DNA of 64,000 nucleotides from Octopus sinensis. Its lineage: Eukaryota. This document shows, piece after piece, positions 54,107 to 64,000 of this stretch. The stretch covers positions 42,966,001 to 43,030,000 of the forward strand of contig NC_043002.1 in the NCBI RefSeq assembly GCF_006345805.1, read 5' to 3'. The first letter of the stretch is position 1, and each line of letters opens with the position of its first letter. The translations under genes were made by a program, and so were the position numbers. The notes beneath the pieces are model-generated. The model was given only the letters and a program-made list of their open reading frames with translations. It made no database searches and was not told the DNA's origin.

Positions 54107-54359
54107 CAATGGTTCTTAACTTGGGTCCATATGGTTCTTGGAGATCCGTATTAGATTTTTTTGTTAAAATGAGCAATAACCTGCTTATATTTCTACAGTG
54201 CACCAAATATTTTAATTTCTTTTTATACAACTCCAAATAATATTTACTGATAAGAATACAATAGGATTTTTTAAACATTAAATGGCTATGGAGGTCCACC
54301 TCAGTAAAATATGAATCAAAGGGGGTCCATAGACAAAAAAAAGTGGTTGAGAACCAGTT
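54107..54359. mobile_element. Degraded hAT MITE, same family as 21212-21537, inverted
   Basis: caatggttcttaac...gggtccatatgg at left; aatcaaagggggtccatagacaaaaaaaagtggttgagaacc at right. Confidence 0.65.
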
Positions 54360-54705
54360 TCAGACAAGTAAATTCCAACTTCCTCAGACAAAGATGTCGC
54401 CACTTGCCAGTAACTGTTAATCAACTTATCCAGAATCTTAACCCTTCACCAATATATACATACGCGAGAGAGAGAGAGAGGGGGGTAGGAGGGAGGAGAA
54501 GAGAGAGAGGAAAGGCAAGGGTACGAGAACGGAGGTAGAGAGTGAGAGAACCCGGGTAGAGGAGGAGGAGACAATAAGAGAACCGTGGGGTGGGGTGAGA
54601 ATATAGAATAGAGAGAAAAATTCAAAGAGATATTACTGCTTTGTCATATCCTGTATTAACACTCATATCCTAGTACAGTGTTTTGGTTTGCTGTTAGCTA
54701 TTAAT

Positions 54706-54717
54706 ATAATAATAATG

Positions 54718-54763
<46 letters not shown>

Positions 54764-55250
54764 AATTATTGTATACAGTGCTCAGGTGCACCACAACTTG
54801 TCAAAAGTGCGTATAAAGCATATACAGTAATGTACAAATGTCTGGAAAGTGAACAGTGTATGAGTCAGATACATACTTGCGTGTGTATGGAGGGGAGAAA
54901 ATCAGGTGTAGTGTTGGCGAATCTCAGGAAGCTTGGAAGTTTTGAAGGATGCAGTGCTCCGACAACTAACAATTGATGCCGGCAGTTTGTTCCATACTTC
55001 AGCAACTCTTAGCGTGAAAAAATGTTTCCGAAAGTCATGGGAGTTGTGCTGTTTTCTGACTTTGTAAACATGTCCAAGGGTGTTAGACAGGTGGAGTTTG
55101 AAAAGGTGCTCAGAGTCATTGTTAGTAAGATGTTTAATAATTTTATGGGTGTCTGCCAAGTCATCTGCCAGATATCGGAGTTTCAATGTGTCCATGCCCA
55201 GGGAAGTAAGGCGTTCAGAATATGGCAAATGCCTGATGGAGGGTACAATC
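54706..55250 (-). mobile_element. 5'-truncated CR1-type LINE 3' end
   Basis: ORF 55228-54902 has CR1 ORF2 C-terminal motifs (YSERL..LG.DTL..R...DL, TLGH..K, RKHFFTLRV..VWNKLP..IV...S...FK), then a short 3' UTR and (TTA)n tail. Confidence 0.85.
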
Positions 55251-56857
55251 AGTCAATCCCTGTTTCAGCTTGGCAATGATTAATCCCATCATGCAATTGT
55301 CTTCGTGGTACACTGATGCATTTCGCAAGGGAAGTTTTTTTTTGTTTTTGTTTTTAATAAGTCTTAAAGAAAGCTATTTAGTGTGTGTGTGTGTGTGTGT
55401 ACATACACACACATGTCAGGTAATAACACGTCTGATGACATTGGTTTCAAATTTTGGCGCAAGGCCAGCAATTTAGGAGAAGGGATAAATCGATTGCATT
55501 CGACCACAGTGCTCGACTGATATTTTATCGACCCTGAAAGAATAAAAGTCGATCTCGGCGGCATTTGAACTCAGAACACTAAGACGTACGAAATGCTGCT
55601 AACGATTCTGCTATCTCGCTGCTTTCTATGACATACTATTACCTGAAATTTAGGTGGTGAGTTGGCAGAACCTTTAGCACGCCGGGCAAAATGCTTATCG
55701 GCATATCGGCCGTCTTTAATTCCGCCGAGGTCGACTTCGCTTTTCATTCATTTTAGATATATAAAATAAGTACCAGTAGAGTACTAAGGTCGATGTAAAC
55801 GACTTATCCTCTCCGAACTTGCTGGGCCTTGTACCAAAATTACCAGTAAGTACCATTACCTCTTTCGACGAGAACATGGCGGGAACTCATCTCAGCAAAC
55901 CAGCTAAACACACATCTGTTTATATAGAGTATCACCTGCGTATAAATTGTGAACAAACCTCATGGCGATCACTAATCAGGAACTGACGTTACCATCCAGA
56001 CATATTGTAAGGTGTTGTTACGATATCGATCAACTTACCACACTCTCCCAATTCCGTATACCAAAATGTAAATTAATTTTGGATAATTTTCCTGAAACAA
56101 AATGTCTACTTAGTAGAAGACTTAGAACTGACAGTGAGATTGGGGAACAGTTACGAATTTTTTAGGATCTATTCCATCTCAATCACAGATTTTTCATTTT
56201 TTAACTAAACAGTTTGAAACTTCGAATGCTGGTAGAATTTCTCACGTAGAAGACGGTTTAAAATCTTGTTGATTAATATTGTCTTATTAACAATATATGT
56301 TTATCACAACCCATCCAACTCTACTTTGGTTATGATTATTCGAGCCAACGAATAAGCTTCTCAGTGGTTACTCGACTTGCTAGAAATAACGGCTAAATCA
56401 TCATCAAATGATAGCCTCATGTCTTAGATTTGATGGAAGGCGTTTATTGCGATCACTTAGGGACGAAACATTTTCACTAACAATAAAAGGGTGATAAAAT
56501 AAGTCAAATAGAGAGGATCTACATTTTGTATCGTAAAAAAAAAAGACAGGAAATTGTCACGTCTGAAACCTATTTGATTATATTTCTACGCAATTAGAAT
56601 TGAGCTCAGACTTAAGTACACTTATATTACATTAGAAATAAATATAACTCCAAATATATCTTCTCAGTAAATAATGCAGATTTTTAAAAAATCTGTAACA
56701 ACCTGGTGGTGTCATCTCTTCCTCAACCGAAAGCCAGCCGAGTTTTCAAATTGTAAACCACTTAACTCCATAGAATATTTCAGTAAAGAGTGGAGAAAAA
56801 AAAATGTTTCGGAAATCCTGGTGACCTAAGCAACACGATTTCTATATTCTCTTTCAA

Positions 56858-57352
56858 ATATACATATATACACGTACATAAACACACGTGTATACATACA
56901 TATACACACACATATATACATGCATATACACACACATATATACATGCATATATACACACACATATATATACACGCATACATACACACATATATATATACA
57001 CACATACATACACACATATATATATACACACATACATACACACATATATATACACACACATACATACACACATATATATACACACATACATACACACATA
57101 TATATACACGTACATATACACATACATATATATACATACATATAAACACATATATACATACACATATATACACACACAAACACACATACACATACATACA
57201 CACATATATACATACATGCATACATACACATATATATACATACATACACACACGCATATATATATACATACATTCACACATACTTTTATATACATACATA
57301 CATACACACACACACACATATATATACATACATACACACATATATACATACA

Positions 57353-57388
<36 letters not shown>

Positions 57389-57493
57389 TATATACATACA
57401 CACACACATATACACACACACATATACATATACATACATACATACATACACACACATACACACACACACATACATACATACATACATACATAC
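56858..57493. repeat. Compound (CA)/(TA)/(TACA) microsatellite
   Basis: Direct inspection; ends at a SINE C 3' fragment. Confidence 0.95.
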
Positions 57494-59657
57494 CCACGTC
57501 GTCGTAACCGACGGAGTGCCGAGTATGTGTGAAGGATGAATGTACGAAACGATAAATTTATTTTTACTCCTAACGGAAAATCAATAGATTAAACTTCTAT
57601 GGGTTAATTTTTGCCGATGCTGACCAACACCGTTTCCTCAGACTTAACGGAAAAATCACTTAAAGCGGTGAACTGACAGAGCCTTTAGAGCTTCCAGATG
57701 AAATGCATTGCTTTTGTTCAGGTTCCTTGCGCTCCGAGCTTGAATCCCACCGAAGTCAACTTCGCCTTTGAGGCATACCGAGATCAATAAAATACATATC
57801 TAAGGTAAGTGATAGGCTGGCTGAAACGCTAGACTGCTGGACGGGATTCCTTGCTGTATTTGTTTCGGGTCTCTACGTTTTGAGTTCAAATTCCTTCGTA
57901 ATCTCCTTGGTTGGAAGATATAATCCGTTGGCGATTCAGCATCACCATTTAGTTGTCAAGAGCCATTAGAAGAGTCTAACTTGTTGCTTGCACCGGGGAC
58001 ATGCAACAGGCTTCAGGATAATTTACCCCGCCCTTCTACAAATATTGAAAGCCCTGCAAAGAGATATGGGCACCGTCATCTCTTCGGCTAAACGGTAAGA
58101 AAAATATACTGTTCAATAATTTCATCTTTCTCCACTACATTTTCTTTAATATTAATTTAATCACAGAATAAACCGCAATAAAACGGGAGCACATCTACGT
58201 CGCATCTTATTTTTTAGAAAAAGCAATCACGCCGACTGTATGTGTGCTTTTGAAGGAGATTTAGTTGCCATTTCTAAGAAGACGAGCGACCATAGCAGAG
58301 GCATTATTTGGTAGTTAGTTCATAAAAACTTTTAAGATCAATGGATTACCAGATGCCTTCAAAGCATCTGTTAATCTGTTCCAACTCTTAAATCAACTCC
58401 ACCATTCTTGTCAATTAATCGGATTTAATAACAAAATTATAGCTATCATGCAAGAATATGTAGTGTCTTCTAGACTACATATATTTTATAAGAACTCGCG
58501 TAAAGTATTTCCTCCGGCTTGCTTTTTAATTGCATGTTCCATAGTTCTGCATCCCGTAGACGATCCCTGATTCGGAAATTCCAGAGTTTTCAGTAGCGAA
58601 CTCCTGCTTACCTCTGTAGTCGTGGTGTGCGCAGAGAAGATATGTCAGCTAGTGAAAGACCACTGTGATTAAAACCCAGACCAGACGTTGATGTTGCATT
58701 TCTCGATCGGGACATTTGGCGTGTCAGATCCAATTGATTGACAGTTTCAAATATTTCACAGAACCCAGTAGGGGATTTTTTAAATGTTAACTTACTCGAT
58801 ACATCTAACTATATTATTTAAATAATTTTCTTTGAAAAATGAAATAACTCTTCCACAACGACATTACGGCTCAATGATCACCTCACACACATTAAGCAGA
58901 ACACTGGTATTTGATCCATGGAACATTAATATTCAGATTGTTTATTCATAACGCAAAATAGTAATGTTCGTCAGAAAGTTTTACAATGCGTTTTATGATT
59001 ATTAAAGTCTTATCACGTGTCATTGCAAAAGTATGCCATCATGGAAGCAATCATAGTTTTTTCTGTAGAATGCTTATGAGATACCACTTAAACATAAATT
59101 TACAATGGCATACTTTTAAACAGGAGTGAACCGAAAATCCTCACTACAAACCATAAAAATTAGTCATGGCCTGAGCTGCTGTTACCTAAAAGCTTTCCGT
59201 CGGTATTTTGTCTTCTTTGATGAGATGAAAAAACTGAACTTAATCAGTAAAGCATACAATCTGAGTTTCGTATTGTTTGAACAAAGCACTGGATTTAAAG
59301 TAAATTAATCTTTAGTATTATTGTTTGATTTAAAATCTATGTTAAAGTATATAGCACATCATCATTTGGATTTGCTGAACCACATTTGTCGAGTCACTTC
59401 AAAGATGACAGCAACTCTACAATCTGCGGATTGGAATAATTAGTGATTAGTGCTTCGCTCCAAAACCCAATACCGTCTTAAAGTACTGATTTTTGGAGGC
59501 AAGCAGTTGTATTAAGGTACCCACGAATATAGGAAGGTCGATTCATTCTATGTATGTTGAGGCCGTGCACGCAGGGCCCTAATGCATTGCTTTGCTCGAG
59601 GACCTGATATGCCGTGACGACAGACCTGCCCAAACCTCGCTCAAATTGGATAAATTA

Positions 59658-59864
59658 CGAAGGGGTGTTGAAAAGTTTGTGGCTTTGGGTGACAGAAAAT
59701 ACAAGAGGATCAGTTAATTATGATTTTACTCCCCTCTCAGATTCATACACTTACTGCAGCTGTCCTTCAGCTTTTCTAAGCCCCGTAAAATAACTCGGAC
59801 GGTTGGGCCTCCCACCAGGCCTTTCGCGACACCCTTAAAGCCAGATTTTTCCAGCACTTCCTCG
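59658..59864. mobile_element. Tc1/mariner-type MITE, same family as 29190-29397, inverted
   Basis: ta-cgaaggggtgttgaaaagtt ... ccagcacttcctcg; shared internal sequence. Confidence 0.65.
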
Positions 59865-60792
59865 AATATTATAATTACTATAGGGTACTGATAGGGCACA
59901 GAAAGTGTGTCTAAAGCCAGCTGGAGGAGGTGTCCTCCTGGGGCTACAAACTACAGTAGCATCCACCCATTAGGGGTTAGCCATATTTAAATGGCAAATA
60001 TACGTATAATTACTATATTATCTTGTAATACAGTTGTTCGTTTTAAAATATAGCTATTATAAATTTAATGGTTTGCAGATCCAAACAAATATCATATTTT
60101 GCTCTTTGAATTTATAACTATCTTACCATGTTTGAAATTGTCTTTCACGTAAAACTGGAACAACATATAAGTATTGCTGTATATAAAAAAATTTTTATGG
60201 GGTGGAAGTTAAACGTCTGGCTACAAAACACAATGTCCCATTCAATCTCAGTTCCCAGGAAAGTAGTCTTTGTGGAGAATGGGGTGTGACAGTGTAACGA
60301 AGACAACAGAGAAATCAGTGAAAGAAATGCTAGGCGGAAAATGTAAATATTACAACTCCCACTCACCGACATAGTTCTTACAGTACAGTCGTCGTACGAA
60401 TAATACACAGTAAGCTATTTTTAATTTTATTGCTTGCTGTTTAGCCCCAAGTCAGCAATGATCAGACTTTTTGTTCAAAGGAGCTCCATAAATAGTCATT
60501 GTGCCATTTATGCTAATAGTGTATCCTACTTTATTTTTTTAAAAAAGGTGTCAATTGAGAATGTTTTGGCTGCTATTTCTGATAAAATCGAGAAACCACG
60601 TAGAGGCTCTCTCTTTGAAGGCAATTTAGTGATCGATTTAGTTAGGATTTCATATACATCAGCGTAATAATTACAAGTGGTTTTGCCAAATTGTTGAAGC
60701 TTAATGTTTACAAGGTAAGTGCAAATATATAGAGGAAAAGAGAAAATTAGCCAAGTGTTAAATTGATAGGTGGAATTAATTATTAAATTAAC

Positions 60793-60840
<48 letters not shown>

Positions 60841-62613
60841 ACAAGGGAATATTAAAGGCGATCTAAGTGGGAGACAGCTGTCCGAATCTGTATATTATAT
60901 AACTAGATTCTCAGATAAATTGTTGAATAAAATTCACGCTTCCTCCACTTGACGGAATCGTTGAATTTATATGAAATGTATTTTCTCAAACACAGAAATG
61001 CGAAAGTACGTTTCGCTTTACGGCATGGCTTTCAAGAACTTAGCACTTCTATAACTCAGTGAATGTCTGTACTTTGAGTAATATTTAGATTTGATTTAGC
61101 TGCGATGGGTAATATCTCTCGCATTATTCTTATATTTTGACAAAACACTGCTCCCGTTCCACCACAAAACCAAGCTACAGTTAATTTTGAAAAGGATTAA
61201 CAGATGTTATTTGCCTGGAATATAGCACAAGAACGGAAGACCCAGTTTTCAGCCTCGTTAAAATGGCCATATTATTCGTTAGTGCAATTGTCATCGAATA
61301 ACTGATTGCATTGACATTAGTGTATAGGTGTTATGAAAGGGGAATATAAACAATCTAGTAAATATGATTTCATTTAAATAAATTCAGTGTACATATAATG
61401 CCATGTAAAATAAGCGACGACAAACTGTTTCGACACAAGGCTAAATTGTGCTGACAGATATAGCAAAATTATTCAAACATCAACTAAATCATTCAGAAAC
61501 TACAATATCAACAACCAGAGTTGAACTGTAAGTTGTAACAGTAGTTGTACTTGCCTTAAAGACATTTTCTACTCACCAAGTTGAGTGTAAGCGCAAGAAC
61601 TGCGGGAAAGCAAATATAATTTAGAAATCTCAAAGTCAGTCATTTCGAGGGGAGAAGATTGGCCGATACCATCGGCCCCAGAACTTTACTGGTAATTTAT
61701 AACAGACTCGAATGGATAAAAGGTAAAGTTGATCCCGGCAGGATTTGAACTCAGAACGTTAAAAGCCGGAACATATACCTCAAAACATTTTCCGCTACTC
61801 TGTTCTGCCAGCTTGCCACCTTAATACAATTTTTAAGAATGTTAGTTATGTCCTCAAAAGATTGCTACATTTACTAAAAGATAGGTTTCCCTTTATTTAA
61901 TTTTTATAGCTCTTATCAGAAGAACATTTGCTCATGATTCCCTTTATAGGATCTGTGACTGATGGGATGTTATCTTCTAACAAGAAACCCAGGCCAAATG
62001 CAGATAACCAAATAATCAGAGATTGATATTAAACCAGGCAGCAGATTAAATCTACTTCTCAAGAACATTAACAATACATCCTACGTATCTCCCTCACCGA
62101 TTCCGTCTACAAAATTTCATTCAGAAATTTTGATTAAAACAAAGCCGTTAGAAGAGATATATGTCTAGAAAAAAAATCGTAGTCGGTCGGATAGAACTCG
62201 AAACCACGTAATTGAGAAAATTTGTAAGAGCTTTTGTACCTTTGATGATGCATTTTAGATGTGGTCTAACATGCTCACGAAGTTTAAGCAGGTTCAATGA
62301 GATATTCAGATACATTTGCTACCAAAGTTAATTGAGAAGAAACAGATTATGAGATGTTATACAAAACAAACCTCCTCTTCTGTCTAAACTGAAATCGCTC
62401 TGTCTTTCTTTCTCTTATGGACTACAACTCTGAACTACATGTATCTTTGTATATATTTCATACATACCACCACTGATAGTCTCTCTTCTCCACTTAAGAC
62501 TCCGATATTCCAGCCAAACTAACACTTTATAGACTCGCTAGCTTGGGTGTATTAGCACACGTTTTTCATGCAGAACACATCCTAGTGAAAATTTCATTGT
62601 ATCATTATTGTAA

Positions 62614-62841
62614 CCCTTTCCCTCTCCTATGTATGACGTGATACAGAGGACATATTTCCCTGATGTCAAGGCATTATATATGATACATATTACTAATTTA
62701 TTCGACTACTGGAGAACATGGGATTTATGAAAGAAAAGATTTATTTAACTCAGAGCGTATGAAAGAAGGGCCAACTAAAAATCTAAAACCTAGCTTGGAC
62801 ATTTATGATAAACTTGTAAAAATCTAAGATTAGGCCAAGGG
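62614..62841. mobile_element. Degraded piggyBac-type MITE
   Basis: taa-cccttt ... aaggg-TTAA; similar to 25171-25394. Confidence 0.5.
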
Positions 62842-64000
62842 TTAAATTTCTAAATCAGTGAATGCATTTCACTAAAAATCTTTATCTTTTTAGTCATTCT
62901 AAGGTCTAATAAGAGTTCGACATTCACTTCACTGAGGAGGCCTAATAAAACCGAGCCGTGTCCGAATTAGATCCTTGTTCTAACCAAAGATCGAACTTGC
63001 TACCCTCTAGATAAACCCTTCAATGTTAAATTCTGGGATTGCCATCTTTACATAGTTTGACAGCACACACACACACACACACACTTAACTAGCAATATTT
63101 CAGCAGTTTATTTAATATGACAGAACGTCTATTTTTGCAGAGGAGAACTGAGGGAAACCTCGTCCCTGACAGGAGTTTAATTCGGAACACGCAGAAACGA
63201 GACACTGAGAATGCTGCGGACGTAGAGAACTAGAGCGTTTCGTGGTTAATAACGTTGGCTATTCCCAGGCTGGATCTGACCGAAAAGGTCTAAAACCAAA
63301 AGCATTTCAAGCGAGATCGCATGTGTATGTGTGAGCGTGCTTGCGTGCGTGTGCGTGTGCATGTGCGCGCGAACGCGTTTTCTGCGTGTGTCAAAGACTG
63401 TTTATTCAATGTGTCATTTTCGTTCGATAGTAGCGTGTCATCTGAAGGAGATTTGGCCGCTATTTCTACCATGCTTGGTAACTGAATAGAGGCTGGCTCA
63501 TTGTGATGATGTGGCAACTCCTGCTTGCTTGATCAGAGACCCGTTTCTGATCCTCATCTGCAGTCATTTCGCTTCAGTTGACATGACTAGACTATATGAC
63601 CAGTTACAACTTTGATAATCCTTAGAGAAGCATGAACTCCATAACACGCCATGACCTATTCAAGTTTAAATCTGAGGCAGTGTGGTAACATGGTCCCAGC
63701 AATTCGATTCCACAAACCGGTTTCTACTGCTGCACTTACTTAGGCCACTAATAATCTTGGGATTAGTATAGATGCCATACAATTGCGTTTCTCTTCCCTT
63801 ATAAATATAACCATATATCTTTGTGAGAAATCCTTTAGCAACGTATCATCAAAAATTTTAAATAAAATAATATGAAATATTTTTTAAAAGTCTTCATAAA
63901 GACAATTCTATGGAAAAGTTATATTTAGGTTATAACGAAAATACAATTAACTAATTTAATCTTTCCGAAGCAACATGCTTTCGACTGAAATTAATGAGAG

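Noticed and set aside
30045-57539. Long ORFs at 30047, 39646-40492 and 56780-57539 (also 1167-1550 and 14695-15621)
   Set aside because: Translations of dinucleotide microsatellites that lack stop codons.
57900-60415. Scattered splice-donor-like sites (~58095 +, ~58610 -, ~60410 +) with short open frames
   Set aside because: No consistent strand or phase, and no recognisable protein; expected by chance.

Overview
AT-rich, repeat-dense animal genomic DNA, most likely octopus or another coleoid cephalopod (inferred from recall of the tRNA-derived SINE families; not verified by search). Only one protein-coding gene is supportable, on the minus strand. It has a large exon (open frame 9622..8300) with one intact PH domain and the C-terminal half of a second PH domain whose N-terminal half has decayed, an AFAP1-like tandem-PH layout. 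A candidate 33-nt microexon lies at 3879..3847. Strong CpG depletion over about 1-15 kb and its sharp end near 15.6 kb suggest a methylated gene body with the start site near 16.7 kb. The rest is at least four SINE families, MITEs of five DNA-transposon types, two LINE 3' fragments, long microsatellites and a local duplication. The most unusual signal is a set of fold-back elements with hammerhead-ribozyme cores of the Penelope-associated type, including one (46411-46806) joining a tRNA-derived Pol III promoter to a minimal hammerhead. Nearly all other ORFs in the track are microsatellite or repeat artefacts. Boundaries of degraded repeats are approximate.
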